A stretch of DNA of 64,000 bases from an uncultured delta proteobacterium (GCA_963785725.1 CAWAWS010000007.1:299238-363237), one strand, 5' to 3'; numbered from the stretch's first letter, positions 20,401 to 31,188 are shown. The notes: a model not told the origin generated them from the letters alone. Program-made: numbers and translations.

Positions 20401-21912
20401 CTAAGCTCCCACTGCCCGCGCCGCATTGGTCCGGCGACGCGCGAACGCCAACATCTCCATGGCTTTCGCCAGCTGACCGAAGCGCTCTTCCTGTTTCCGC
20501 GTCAGCTCGCGCAGCTGCTCGACGGCCTGGAGAATCTGTTCGCCCCCACGCGTTTGCTCGCGCTGCGCCGTGTTGAGCTGCGAGACCATCTCGTTGATCG
20601 ACTCGATCGACTTGGTGATCTGCTTGCCGCCGCGCGTCTGCTCTTGCGACGACCGCTCCACGTGCTTCGTAATCGCCTTCATCTTCTCGGCCGAGCGAAT
20701 GATCTGCTCCGAGCCCTTGGCCTGCTCGCTCGTCGCCGACGCGATCTGCTGCACGGTCTCGGCGATCGAATGGATGGCGTCGGTGACCTGCTTCGAGCCG
20801 CGCGCCTGCTCGACGGTGGCGCGGGCGATCTCGCGCACCATCTGCGTCGACCGATCGGCCGACTCGAGAATGCGGCGCAGCGCGTCCTCGGCTTGATGCG
20901 AGACCTTGACGCCTTCGTCGACGCTGCGCGCGCCGCGCTCGACGGCGCCGATGGCGTGCTCGGACTCTTTTTGCACGCCTTTGATGAGGTCGGCGATCTC
21001 CTTGGTCGACGTGGCCGAGCGCTCTGCCAGATCCTTGATCTCGTCGGCGACGACGGCGAAGCCTTTGCCGTGCTCGCCGGCCTGCGCGGCGATGATGGCG
21101 GCGTTGAGCGCGAGCAAGTTGGTCTGCTCGGCGACGTCGTCGATGACCTCGAGGATCTTGCCGATCTCGCCGATCTTGCCGCCCAGCGACGAGATGATGC
21201 GCACCGTCTCCTCGGACGAGCCCTTGATCTTGTTGATGCCGTCGATGGTGTGGCCGATGGCTTGCGCGCCCGATTGCGCCGCGCGCGACACCTCTTCGGA
21301 CAGGCGCGCCGTCTCGTTGGCGTTGTTCTCGACCTGGCGAATGGAGATATCCATCTCGTTCATCGAGGACGACGTCTCTTCCGCCGTCGACGAGAGCGCC
21401 TCGACGTTCTTGGCCACTTCCTTGATCGAGAAGGTCATCTCCTCGATCGACGTCGCCGACTCCTGCACGCTGCCGGCGAGGTTGACCATGTTCTCGGCCA
21501 CTTCGTCGTTCGCCGCCGCCATCTCCAGGATCGACGACGACGACTCCTCGGCCGCCGCCGCCAAGGTCTCGACCGAGTGCGCGATCTGCTTCAGCGACGC
21601 GGTCATCTGATGCAGCGACGCCGCCGTCTCCTCGATCGCGCCCAGCTGCGACTCGGTCACCGCGCGCAATTCGCCGAGCCCGGTCTCGGTCGTGCGCAAG
21701 ACCTCGGCGCGCTCGTTCATCTCGGCTTCGACGCTCTCGACCTTCTGCTGCGTCGTGTAGAGCATGAACAGGGCCGGCGCACCGCCGAGCAGCGCCACCA
21801 AGAGCAGCGGCGCGACGAACGGCGTTTGCGCGCCGGCGAGGAAGTAGCCGGCCACTGCGATTACGACCAGCCAGGCCGCGGACAGCGCCGGCCAGCGCAC
21901 ACTCGGAGTCAT
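20401..21912 (-). CDS. Methyl-accepting chemotaxis protein with minimal sensing domain (2 TM)
   Basis: Two N-terminal TM helices, then the long MCP signalling domain (highly conserved LLALNAAIIAAQAGEHGKGFAVVADEIKDLAERS). The 798-aa ORF in the track is a spurious upstream extension. Confidence 0.88.
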   Translation of the reverse strand: MTPSVRWPALSAAWLVVIAVAGYFLAGAQTPFVAPLLLVALLGGAPALFMLYTTQQKVESVEAEMNERAEVLRTTETGLGELRAVTESQLGAIEETAASLHQMTASLKQIAHSVETLAAAAEESSSSILEMAAANDEVAENMVNLAGSVQESATSIEEMTFSIKEVAKNVEALSSTAEETSSSMNEMDISIRQVENNANETARLSEEVSRAAQSGAQAIGHTIDGINKIKGSSEETVRIISSLGGKIGEIGKILEVIDDVAEQTNLLALNAAIIAAQAGEHGKGFAVVADEIKDLAERSATSTKEIADLIKGVQKESEHAIGAVERGARSVDEGVKVSHQAEDALRRILESADRSTQMVREIARATVEQARGSKQVTDAIHSIAETVQQIASATSEQAKGSEQIIRSAEKMKAITKHVERSSQEQTRGGKQITKSIESINEMVSQLNTAQREQTRGGEQILQAVEQLRELTRKQEERFGQLAKAMEMLAFARRRTNAARAVGA

Positions 21913-22096
21913 GGCGGCAAATTGTATCTGGCTTCCACGACAAGCGAAAGAACCGCGCGTGAAAAGCGCACAGGCCGTGACGAGAAATGACCAAGGACGA
22001 CCAGCGTCGGCGGCGCCAAGCGCTGACGTGGCTGGGTGCGCGTCGCCGCGGGTTGGCTGCCGTTCGTGGTCTCGTTCACCGTCGCTGGAGGCGAGC

Positions 22097-23143
22097 TCAG
22101 TCGGCGAAGAGCGGCATCTGCTGCATGGCGCGGTGTGGCTGTAACGCGTGGGCGCGAATGCCGGCGGCGGCAAACGCGCGCAAGGCCTCGTCGCCGTAGC
22201 CGCTCGTGAGCCACACGTCGCGCGCCTCGGCGGCGGCGGCATGCGCGACCAGCGACGGCAGATCGCCGGTGTCGGCGAGCGCGAAGGCGGCGTCGACGCG
22301 CAGCTTGGCCGGCCCGTCGGGATCGAGCGCTGCGCCGGTCGCGGCCAAGAGGCGCGCCGAGCGTAAACGGCCGATCGCCGGCGCGTTGCGCGCGTCCAGC
22401 GGCCAGACGACGACTTCGCCGCGCGCCGGCGAGCCGCGAAAGGGGCGCACGGCGCCTTCGGGCGCGCGCACCGGTAGGCCGCAGCGGGCGTAGCCGTCGA
22501 GCCAAGCGCCCAGTCGCGCATGCAGTCGCAGCGGCAGGCCGGCGGCGACGAGCTGGGCCACGATCTCGACGGCGCCCGGCGGGCTGGCCAGCACGACCGG
22601 TGTCGCGCCGTCGTCGAGCGCGCGGGTGACGGCGGCGGCGAGCGCGGCTTCGGCCTCGGCGCGCGGCGGCAGCTTGCGCCCGTAAACCGCCAGCGGCGCG
22701 TCCAAACACAAGGCGTCGGCGGCGCGCACCTGCGCCGGCTCGGCAAAGCGGCTCGGCTGCGGATTGAGCGGCCCGCAGTAGCCGACGCGCCGCCCATCGA
22801 GCTCGACGTACAGCTGCGCGGCGCCCGGCGCGTGACCCGACGGCAACAGCTCGAGGCGCAGGCGGCCGAGCGCGAACGGCCGGCCGAACGGCGTCACCAG
22901 CGTCGCCGCCGCCTGACCGCGCGGCGCGACCTCGACGGCGCGCAGGAGCCGCGTGCGCTCGGTCGTCACCAGCCGCACGTCGGCGCCGCCACGCAGCCGC
23001 GGTGCCCGCGCGTGCGAGACGAACGCCGTGGCTTCGGCCGGGCAGCGGCGCGCGTCGCAGTGGATGTCGGTGCCGGCCACACGCACGCCGTCGGCCCAGG
23101 TGAAGGCATCGGCGGAAGGTGCGGGCGGCAGCCTCGGCGGCAC
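22097..23143 (-). CDS. Hypothetical protein (possibly degenerate metallo-hydrolase-like)
   Basis: 348-aa ORF on the same strand upstream of the MCP. No firm family assignment from sequence. Confidence 0.35.
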   Translation of the reverse strand: MPPRLPPAPSADAFTWADGVRVAGTDIHCDARRCPAEATAFVSHARAPRLRGGADVRLVTTERTRLLRAVEVAPRGQAAATLVTPFGRPFALGRLRLELLPSGHAPGAAQLYVELDGRRVGYCGPLNPQPSRFAEPAQVRAADALCLDAPLAVYGRKLPPRAEAEAALAAAVTRALDDGATPVVLASPPGAVEIVAQLVAAGLPLRLHARLGAWLDGYARCGLPVRAPEGAVRPFRGSPARGEVVVWPLDARNAPAIGRLRSARLLAATGAALDPDGPAKLRVDAAFALADTGDLPSLVAHAAAAEARDVWLTSGYGDEALRAFAAAGIRAHALQPHRAMQQMPLFAD

Positions 23144-23357
23144 GACGACCCTTTAGCGGGCGGCGCCCGACAAAGCAAGAATCGTTACAAACGACGCGAC
23201 AAATTGGCGGGTCGCCGCTTTGCCTACCGCGCCAAAACGCGCGTCCGACGCAGCAGGCTGGGCGTGGCGTCTATCGTGGCGCCGGGCCGTCCGATCCCCT
23301 AAGCTCGCCCGGCATGAAGCGCTCGTACCCTCACTGTCGCGGGAGCCAACCTTGGCG

Positions 23358-24566
23358 ATGACCGCGGAGACCCGGCGGCGCTCGTCGCTGGGCATCATCT
23401 TCCTGACCGTGCTGCTCGATCTTCTCGGCTTCGGAATCGTCATTCCGATCTTGCCGCTCTACGCCGAGAAGCTGCACGCGACCGACATCGAGACCGGCAT
23501 CTTGCTCGCGGTCTACTCGGTCATGCAGCTCATCTTCTCGCCGATTTGGGGCCGCCTGTCCGATCGCGCCGGGCGCCGTCCGGTGCTCTTGATCTCGATC
23601 CTCGGCAGCTGCGGCTCGCAGCTCGGCTACGCGCTGGCGCCGTCGTTTTGGTGGCTCGTCGTCGCGCGCGGCTTCGCCGGCGTGTGCGGCGCCAACATCA
23701 CCGCCGCGCAGGCTTACATCGCCGACGTCACCGACGAGAAGAACCGCGCCGCCGGCATGGGCATGCTGGGCGCCGCGATGGGCCTCGGCTTCGTGTTCGG
23801 CCCCGCGGTCGGCGGCTTTCTGTCGACGCGCTCGGCGACGCTGCCGTTCTTCGTCGCCGCCGGCTTGGCGGCGGTGAACTTCGTCTCGGCCTTGACGATC
23901 TTGAAGGAGCCGCGCTCGCGGCAAGAGCGCACCAAAGCCCGCACGCTGAGCTGGGGCGGCCTCGTGCGCACGGCCTCGACGCCGCGCCTCCTGACGCTGA
24001 TGCTGCTCTTCTTCGTCGTCACCTTCGGCTTCGCCAATCTGGAGGCGACGTTCTCGCTCTATCTCGAGCGTCAGTTTCACTATGGTCGTCGCGAAGCCTC
24101 GTATCTGTTCACCTATATCGGCGTGCTCATGGTGCTCGTGCAGGGCGGGCTGGTGCGCTGGCTGGCGCCGAAGGTGGGCGAGCGATCGCTCATCATCGCC
24201 GGCACGCTGCTGATGTCGTGCGGCTTCTTGCTGCAGTGGCAGGCGACGACGGTGGCGATGCTGCTCGTCGCGATCGCGATCACGGCCATCGGCAACGGCT
24301 TCAATACGCCGTCGCTGTCGTCGCTGATTTCGCGCGCGGCGGCGGGCGAGCATCAGGGCGGCGTGCTCGGCGTGTCGCAGGCGATGGGCGCGTTGGCGCG
24401 CGTCGTCGGACCGCTCGTGGGCACGGCGACGCTGGCGTTCGGCGTGCGCGTCCCCTATTTGACCGGCGGTCTGACGCTGCTGTTGGCCTGCCTGTTCGCG
24501 ACGGCGTTCGTGCGTCAGCCGTCGCTGCCGCCGGCGAGCGCGTCGCCGCCGCCGTCGGTCGGCTAA
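23358..24566 (+). CDS. MFS transporter (TetA/drug-efflux-like)
   Basis: 12-TM topology. MFS motif GRLSDRAGRRPVLL between TM2 and TM3. Confidence 0.85.
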   Translation: MTAETRRRSSLGIIFLTVLLDLLGFGIVIPILPLYAEKLHATDIETGILLAVYSVMQLIFSPIWGRLSDRAGRRPVLLISILGSCGSQLGYALAPSFWWLVVARGFAGVCGANITAAQAYIADVTDEKNRAAGMGMLGAAMGLGFVFGPAVGGFLSTRSATLPFFVAAGLAAVNFVSALTILKEPRSRQERTKARTLSWGGLVRTASTPRLLTLMLLFFVVTFGFANLEATFSLYLERQFHYGRREASYLFTYIGVLMVLVQGGLVRWLAPKVGERSLIIAGTLLMSCGFLLQWQATTVAMLLVAIAITAIGNGFNTPSLSSLISRAAAGEHQGGVLGVSQAMGALARVVGPLVGTATLAFGVRVPYLTGGLTLLLACLFATAFVRQPSLPPASASPPPSVG

Positions 24567-25980
24567 GCGGGCTTCTGGCGGCGCTGTAAGCGGCCGAGGC
24601 CGTCGTACGCGGCGTACTTGAACATCTCGCTCAGCGTCGGAAAGTTGAAGACCTGCTCGATGAAGTCGTCGATGCGACCGCCGAAGTGCATGACGGCGGC
24701 GCCGATGTGCACGAGCTCGGTCGCGCGCTCGCCGATGACGTGGACGCCGAGCAGCTTCTTGTCCTTGGCGTCGAACACCAGCTTCACCATGCCGCCCAAG
24801 TCGCCGACGATCTGGCCGCGCGCGTTGTCGCGATAGAAGGCGCGGCCGATCTCGAAGTCGAGCCCCTTCTTTTTGGCCGACTCCTCGGTCTCGCCGATCA
24901 TCGAGACCTCGGGGATCGTGTACAGCCCGTAAGGGAACTGCGAGGCGACGCGCAGCTTGTACTCGAAGCCGAAGGCGTGACAGGCGGCGACGCGCGCCTG
25001 CTCCATCGCCACCGACGCCAGCGCCGGGAAGCCGATGACGTCGCCGGCGGCGTAGACGCGCTGGCCGGGAACGCCGGCGATGCGGAAGTGCTCGTCGGTG
25101 CGCAGAAGGCCGCGCGCGTCGGGCGCGGCGCCGATGCGCTCGAGGCCCATGCCGCGCGTGTTGCCGGCGCGACCGCCGGCGAAGAGCAGCCGCTCGCATT
25201 CGAGGTCGGTGCCGTCGCTCAAGCGGCAGTGCAGCTTGCCGCCGCTGCGGCCGACCTCGACGACCTCGCGCTTGAAGAGCAGCTCGATGCCCAGCTTCTT
25301 CAGCTGCTCGGTCAACACCAGGTTGATCTCGTGATCGAGGAAGCCCAAGATCGAGTCGCGGCCTTCGACGATGGTGCACTTGGTGCCGAGCGCGGCGAAG
25401 ATCGACGCGTATTCGCAGCCGATGACGCCGCCGCCGAGCACCACCATCTGCTCCGGGATCTTGTCGAGCCGCAAGATCGAGTCGGAGTCGTCGACCTCGG
25501 GATCTTCGAAGGGCACGAACTGCGGGCGAAATGGCGATGAGCCGGTGGCGATGAGGATGGCGTCGGCCGTCACGCGCTGCGGCGTGCCGTCGATGGGCGT
25601 CAGCTCGAGCGTGTGCTCGTCGACGAAGCGCGCGGCGCCGTCGAGGAGCTCGACGCCGTGGCGGGTGAGGTTGCCGCTGATGCGCCGCTGCTCCGAGCCG
25701 AGCACCGGATCTTGCCGGCACATCAGCTCCGGCACAGACGGCGCGCCGGTCAGCGCCACCGACAGGCCGTACAGCTCGCGCTGGCGATAGCCGGAGAGGA
25801 AGAGCGCGGTCTCGCGCAGCGTCTTCGAGGGCAGCGTGCCGGTGTTGACGCAGGCGCCGCCGAGCGCGTCCTGCTTCTCGATGATGGCGACGCGCTTGCC
25901 GAAGTAGGCCGCCTGCGCGGCCCCTTTTCGCCGGCCGGTCCCGAGCCGATCACCAGCCAGTCGTAGTCGAAGGAGGCCAT
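24563..25980 (-). CDS. sthA: Soluble pyridine nucleotide transhydrogenase / dihydrolipoamide-dehydrogenase-family flavoprotein, with frameshift near 25925
   Basis: The N-terminus MASFDYDWLVIGSGPAGE is in one frame (25750..25980). The remainder (…LALTGAPSVPELM… GGGVIGCEYASIFAALG ... ) is in another frame (24563..25759). Confidence 0.8.
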
Positions 25981-26138
25981 GGGCCGCTATCGTACCAGGC
26001 TCATGCGCGACGGCTACTGACGAACGGGTGACGCGCGCTACAACAGGAAGTGGGCGCGGGATTCAGCGGGATTCAGCAGTCGCACGGCCGGTGCCGGCGC
26101 GTGCCTGCGCCGAGCGAGCGGTGTCGGCGCCGAACGCG

Positions 26139-26501
26139 TTACTTCGACGAGCGCGCGGACTGCGCGGCGAGATCGGCGCGGCGCCAGCGCGGCGGCTGGA
26201 ACGTGACCTTGCCGCCCTCTTCGCGGTACGACGCCGGAACCAGCGTGTAGCCTTCCTTCGCGTCGCGGCGTTCGCCCTGGTGCCAGACCCACGTGCCCGC
26301 GACCGGCTGATAATAACCGGGCACCCACACCTCGCGCTCGGACAGCTTGGGCATGTCCTCTTTGCGCGGCTCGGGCGGCGTCGACGACATCGTGTCGTAG
26401 TGCGAGGCGCTCGCCGACGAGGACGACGCGGGCGCGCCGGTCATGGTGGCGCAACCAACGGCGGCGAAGCAGAGCAGCGAGGTCAGGAGCGAACGAATCA
26501 T
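26139..26501 (-). CDS. Lipoprotein with WVPGYYxP / W-x-W motif
   Basis: MIRSLLTSLLCFAAVGC lipobox, then ...VWVPGYYQPVAGTWVWHQGERR. An AT-rich island lies upstream (26520-26580). Confidence 0.5.
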   Translation of the reverse strand: MIRSLLTSLLCFAAVGCATMTGAPASSSSASASHYDTMSSTPPEPRKEDMPKLSEREVWVPGYYQPVAGTWVWHQGERRDAKEGYTLVPASYREEGGKVTFQPPRWRRADLAAQSARSSK

Positions 26502-26685
26502 TCGAATTACCCTCCGCTGCTTAATTTAGCGAAATACCCAATAGAATCAACTAGTAAGAAATGATATGCTGCTTACACTCCTTTCGCGCGATGGTGATAT
26601 TTGGCCATTTGGCGTACGTCGCGTGCAGCGGTGCTCGCGTTTTCGCGGGAGCCGTGTCGCCGTAGGTTGGACGACGTAGGTGCGA

Positions 26686-27003
26686 TCACTTCTTACGCAG
26701 CGACTCCGGCATGTCGGGGATGCGCACGGTCAGATCTCCCGTCGGTGCGAGCTGACACGAGAGGCGCAGCTTGGTGATGAAGTAGGTGTTGCCGAGGTGC
26801 TTCTTCTCGGCGGCGTTGATGGGCCCGACGTTGGCTTCGCCCGCCAAAATCTTGACGCGACAGAGGCCGCACGTCGCCTTGCCGGCGCACGCCGTGGGGA
26901 CGGGAATGCCGCTGCGGCGCGCGCAGGCGAACACGGATTCGCCGGGATTGCAGTCGACGGTGATGCCGAGAGGCTCGAACAGGACGCGAGGCACGCCGCA
27001 CAA
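26686..27003 (-). CDS. 2Fe-2S ferredoxin
   Basis: C-x4-C-x2-C ... C pattern (CAGKATCGLCRV ... SCQ), about 105 aa. Confidence 0.75.
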   Translation of the reverse strand: MCGVPRVLFEPLGITVDCNPGESVFACARRSGIPVPTACAGKATCGLCRVKILAGEANVGPINAAEKKHLGNTYFITKLRLSCQLAPTGDLTVRIPDMPESLRKK

Positions 27004-27110
27004 TTTAGCCCGAGATCTCCCATCGTGAGAATTTCCCTTCCGCGCCTAGGGAAACGGCGGTGTCGAACGACGCAGGAAGCGCCGGCATCAGGTTTGCGAT
27101 GGGTGGCGCC

Positions 27111-28622
27111 ATGTCATTTCGTTCGGCGCGCGCGTTGGCTTTGGCTTGCTCGTTGTCGGTTCCGCTCGTCGGCTGCGGCGGCAATTCTCACGACGGCGGC
27201 GCCGGCGGCGGAATCGCCGGCGGCGGCGGAACGGCTGGCGGCGGCGGCGGTGGCGTCGTCGGACACGATATGTCCGTCGCGCAGGATCAAGGCGTCGGGC
27301 CTGGTAGCACCGATATGTCGCGCACGGCGCCGCCGGGCGCCGACTTGGCCCTCCCGCCGGCCGGCGACGACACCGGCGACGGCGGACCGCCGGGCACGTT
27401 GGCCGACGGTGGCGTCTTCACGCCGCCGGCGCCGCCCGCGCCGCCGGGCGCCGACATGGGTCCGATCGCGCACGCACCGCCGGCGACGCTGGCCGGCCTC
27501 GTCGTCCTGTCGAGCGGGCTCGATTTTCAGGACGTGTCGACCGATCAAGGTGGCGGCATTTGGGCGGTCACGCAGCAGTCGGTCTATTACTGGCCGGCCG
27601 GCGCCACGACGCCGTACACGTACAATCAGGCGAATGGCCTCGCGCAAGGCAAGACGAGCTGGCTCGACGACTACTGGTGCGCGGGCGACGGCTTGACCTG
27701 CCCGTACACGTGGCCGGTGTACTTCAACTCCGTCGCCGGCGGTCAGTCGGGCCAGGCCGTCGTCGGTAACCAAGGGCTCATCGCCGACCGCATCGACGTC
27801 GTGCCCGCGACCGGCGCCGTGCAAGACATCGTCGGCCTACAGGTGACGTCGACGCAGCAGGGCGATCCGACCGAGCTCGTCGATCAGCAGCAGCGCGTGG
27901 TCTCGTCGTGGAAAGTGGCGCTCGATCTCAACGGCCCGCTCGGCGGCACGGCTTATCTCGGCGGCTGGCACGGCCTCTCGGCGTTTCACGGCTTCATGAA
28001 TTCGGCGACGACCGGCATCTGCGGCCTGAATTGCCCCAACTTCGAGGAGCACGCGCATCCCATCACCGAGACCAACATCGAAGGGCGCGACATCAAGGGC
28101 ATCGCCGTGACGCCCGAGGGCGACTTGTGGGTGGGCGACGCCGATTCGTTGTGGTTCATCCCCGAAGGCTCGAAGGGCGCCGACGCCGACTTCTTCCAGA
28201 ACCCGGTGATTCCCGGCCAGACCGCGGCCTATCTCGATGTGTTCCCGGGCCAGACCGACAACATCACGAGCGTCGACTTGGACGCGGCGGGCGGCATCTA
28301 TATCGCGTCGGAGACGAACGGGCTCGCCTATTTGGCGCCGGGAACCTACGCGCCGACCTATTGGTCGACGGCGGACGTGCTGCCGAAGAACGCGCTGCGC
28401 TCGGTCGCCGTCGATCAGCTGGGCGACGTGTGGATCGGCACCGAGCAGGCCGGCGTCGTGCGCTACACGCCGTCGAGCGGGACGTGGACGTATTACACGC
28501 AGGCCAGCGCCGGCTTGCCGTCGAACGATATCCGCGCCGTGCACGTCGACAAATACGCGGCCAGCGGCCGCACCGTCTACTTCGCGACCGACTACGGCAT
28601 CGGCGTCTACACCGGCCCCTAA
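27111..28622 (+). CDS. Lipoprotein with two-component-regulator propeller (Reg_prop) repeats
   Basis: Signal peptide plus lipobox LVGCGG, a Gly-rich linker, and repeated ...LWVG(D/T).. / ..GL.S..I.A.. propeller-blade motifs (DVWIGTEQAGVVRYTPSSGTWTYYTQASAGLPSNDIRAVHVD). Confidence 0.6.
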   Translation: MSFRSARALALACSLSVPLVGCGGNSHDGGAGGGIAGGGGTAGGGGGGVVGHDMSVAQDQGVGPGSTDMSRTAPPGADLALPPAGDDTGDGGPPGTLADGGVFTPPAPPAPPGADMGPIAHAPPATLAGLVVLSSGLDFQDVSTDQGGGIWAVTQQSVYYWPAGATTPYTYNQANGLAQGKTSWLDDYWCAGDGLTCPYTWPVYFNSVAGGQSGQAVVGNQGLIADRIDVVPATGAVQDIVGLQVTSTQQGDPTELVDQQQRVVSSWKVALDLNGPLGGTAYLGGWHGLSAFHGFMNSATTGICGLNCPNFEEHAHPITETNIEGRDIKGIAVTPEGDLWVGDADSLWFIPEGSKGADADFFQNPVIPGQTAAYLDVFPGQTDNITSVDLDAAGGIYIASETNGLAYLAPGTYAPTYWSTADVLPKNALRSVAVDQLGDVWIGTEQAGVVRYTPSSGTWTYYTQASAGLPSNDIRAVHVDKYAASGRTVYFATDYGIGVYTGP

Positions 28623-28637
28623 GGTCTAACGCACGTT

Positions 28638-29252
28638 CTATGTCTTCTTCTTATCGACGGTTGTCTTAGTCGCTTTAGCAGCTGCTTTAGCCGGTCGGCG
28701 TTTGGAGACATACTTGGAGTCGGCGTCGATGAAGCGCCACGGCTTGTGCGCCCACTCGCCGGCGTAGTCGATGCCGATGCGCGGCGTGGCCTCGATGCGC
28801 GGTTTGGGTCGCGATTTCTCGCGCGGCTCGAGCCAGAGCACGTCGCTGGTGACGAGGTCGATGCCGTTGTGGGCGCGCGTGATGCCGAGCGCGCGACACA
28901 GCTTGCCCGGGCCGTTGGTCCCGCCGTCGAGCGGCGCCTCCGGCTCGAGCGCGCGAATGAGGACGGCGGCCGGCGAACCGGCGGGCTCGCACACGACATT
29001 GAATTGATCGTACATGCCATAGATCAAGAAGACATAAGCATGGCCGGGCGCACCATAGAGCAAGCGCGAGCGCGGCGTCTCACCGAAGCGCGCATGACAC
29101 GCCTGATCTTCTTCGTGCACATAGGCTTCGACCTCGACGATGCGACCGCGCAAGATACCGCGCGACGTGCGATGGACGAGGTGGCAGCCGACGAGCTCGG
29201 GCGCGACGACGAGGCAGTCGCGCGCGTAAAAGCGGCGCGGCAGCGGCTTCAT
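28638..29252 (-). CDS. mpg: DNA-3-methyladenine glycosylase (Mpg/AAG family)
   Basis: FYARDCLVVAPELVGCHLVH...GRIVEVEAY...DQACHA..., conserved AAG-family N-terminus. Confidence 0.85.
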   Translation of the reverse strand: MKPLPRRFYARDCLVVAPELVGCHLVHRTSRGILRGRIVEVEAYVHEEDQACHARFGETPRSRLLYGAPGHAYVFLIYGMYDQFNVVCEPAGSPAAVLIRALEPEAPLDGGTNGPGKLCRALGITRAHNGIDLVTSDVLWLEPREKSRPKPRIEATPRIGIDYAGEWAHKPWRFIDADSKYVSKRRPAKAAAKATKTTVDKKKT

Positions 29253-29974
29253 TCGGCGGCGGCGAAGAGCAGGCGCTGCTTGTCGATGCGCTCGAGCACC
29301 GGCTGCACGCGGCCATCGGCGGTGAGCGACTCGAAGAGCGCGTTGGCCAAGCGGATATAGGAATCGCGGTCTATGAATCCTTGCAACAGTCGATAGCGCA
29401 ACAGCACAAAGGCCGTCTGGGTCACGTCCATCAAGCAGTAGTTCTTGATCGACTGGATTTGACCGGCGTTGTACAGGCCTTCGACTTGGCTGCCGTCGAC
29501 GCCGACTTTGCCGGGCAGGCCGACGACGCGCGCGATCGAGTCGAGCGAGCCGACGCGCGCCGCGCCGTGCTCGGACAAGAAGTCATAGAGATCGATGTGT
29601 CCCGAGTCGGTGTAGCGATAACGATAGTCTTTGTCGTCGAAGAAGAAGCGCAGCGGCACGCCATGACGCAGGCAGCGCAGCATGATGACCGGCAAGTCGA
29701 AGCTGCGGCCGTTGTAGGTCACCAAATGCGGGCGCCACTGCTCGACGAACTGCGAGAAGTCGCGCAGCATGCCCACTTCGTCGTCGTGCTCGCCGATGAC
29801 GCCGATGCGCTTGAACTGATAAAGCTCGTCGAGCCAGAGCACGCCGATGACGATGGGGCGATGCGCGTGCAGCGGCGGAAACGGCTTCTCGGTGCCGGCC
29901 GGCAAATCGGGCGCTTTGTACAGCTCGCTATCGGGAACGGTCTCGATATCGAGGACGAGATAACCGCGGCTCAT
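29249..29974 (-). CDS. RNase H-like 3'-5' exonuclease domain protein (PolB-exo/YprB-like)
   Basis: YLVLDIETVPD (DxE motif), ...YNGRSFDLPVI... Its stop overlaps the mpg start. Confidence 0.7.
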   Translation of the reverse strand: MSRGYLVLDIETVPDSELYKAPDLPAGTEKPFPPLHAHRPIVIGVLWLDELYQFKRIGVIGEHDDEVGMLRDFSQFVEQWRPHLVTYNGRSFDLPVIMLRCLRHGVPLRFFFDDKDYRYRYTDSGHIDLYDFLSEHGAARVGSLDSIARVVGLPGKVGVDGSQVEGLYNAGQIQSIKNYCLMDVTQTAFVLLRYRLLQGFIDRDSYIRLANALFESLTADGRVQPVLERIDKQRLLFAAAE

Positions 29975-29981
29975 GTGGCGC

Positions 29982-31166
29982 TCATAAGGGGAAGCTCAAG
30001 GTGAGGCCGGCGACGTCGGCGTCACCGAAGGCGGTGTGCGCGTAGCCGCCGTTGAAGTAGTGGCCGTACGAGAGCTCGAGGAAGCCGTCGGCGAGCCAGG
30101 CGGCGCCGGGCAATCCCTTCCACGCGCGCAGGCCGGCCAGCTTGACGAGCACGCGCAGCTCGAGGAATTCGGCGGCGAAGCGGCTGAGCTTGGGATCGGA
30201 CGTGTAAAAGAGGTTGTTGCGCGATTGCGTGAGGAAGCACGTCGTGCAGCGCAAGCCGACGCCGTTGGGATAGAACGGCACCGAGCCGTTGTCGCTCCAA
30301 AACACGGCCTGCGTCTGCCAGTAATAGCGGCCGGTGACGCGGAACTCGACGGGCCCGACGGGAATGTACGTGCGCAGCTCGGGCGTGTGCGAGAGAACGC
30401 CCCAATCGTCCCAATAGAAGCGATAGGACGGGCGAAACGCGAGATAGGGCATGCGGCGAAACGGCAGCGGAATGATGTAATGCGCCGACGCCGACAGCGA
30501 CTGGCGAATGCGCTGATAAGGCACGAGCTCGCGCGCCGGCGCGCCGCCCAAGTTGACCGTGCGGTAGGGATTCGCGAGCCAGCCGTTGTTGCGATCGCCG
30601 AAGCCGAGGACGCCGATCTCGTACGACAAGACGCCGACGAGCTTGGGCGTGATGACCTGCGTCGCCGTCAAGATGCCGCGCACCGACTGCAGGCCGCCGA
30701 CGGGATTGTAGAGCGTCGGACCCATGCGCTGCGCCACGCGATCGTTGCCGTAGCTGAGCGTGGCGTAGAGCGTCGTGTTCTTTTGGAACAGCTCGACGAG
30801 CGCGCCCAAGCTGGCGGTGTGCGCCCAATAATCGGACTCGCTCGAATATGAATAGGCGCCGGTGATGAGCGTGGGACCGATGCGTTGGCCGAGCGTGAAG
30901 CCGGCTTCGTTGCGCAGCTCGGTGAACGGCTGATCGCTGGTGACGCCGGCGGCGATCGAGGCCGACGTGATGGCGTCGAGCAGGTAGTGCGCGCCGACGA
31001 GCGTGCCGTTGGGCAGCTCCTTTTGCAGCTCGACTTCGGGCTGCACGACGCGCGTGTTGCGATCGCGCCAATAGTTGCCGCGCAAGGTGACGAAGTCGTC
31101 GGCGAACGCGCGCGCGCTCGTCAACGACGTCGCCAAAAGTACGAGCGCAGCGACGAGGCGGCTCAC
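29982..31166 (-). CDS. Outer-membrane beta-barrel protein (DUF3570-like)
   Basis: Signal peptide MSRLVAALVLLATSLTSARAFA, an aromatic-rich beta-strand pattern, and a C-terminal ...LSFPL. Confidence 0.6.
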   Translation of the reverse strand: MSRLVAALVLLATSLTSARAFADDFVTLRGNYWRDRNTRVVQPEVELQKELPNGTLVGAHYLLDAITSASIAAGVTSDQPFTELRNEAGFTLGQRIGPTLITGAYSYSSESDYWAHTASLGALVELFQKNTTLYATLSYGNDRVAQRMGPTLYNPVGGLQSVRGILTATQVITPKLVGVLSYEIGVLGFGDRNNGWLANPYRTVNLGGAPARELVPYQRIRQSLSASAHYIIPLPFRRMPYLAFRPSYRFYWDDWGVLSHTPELRTYIPVGPVEFRVTGRYYWQTQAVFWSDNGSVPFYPNGVGLRCTTCFLTQSRNNLFYTSDPKLSRFAAEFLELRVLVKLAGLRAWKGLPGAAWLADGFLELSYGHYFNGGYAHTAFGDADVAGLTLSFPL

Positions 31167-31188
31167 GTGCGCGAGGCGGACCGAACCA

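Noticed and set aside
20401-22797. 798-aa ORF fusing the MCP with upstream sequence
   Set aside because: The N-terminal 295 residues are Arg/Pro/Ser-rich junk read in the MCP frame through the upstream hypothetical gene. The MCP begins at the internal Met (MTPSVRW, 21912), just before its two TM helices.
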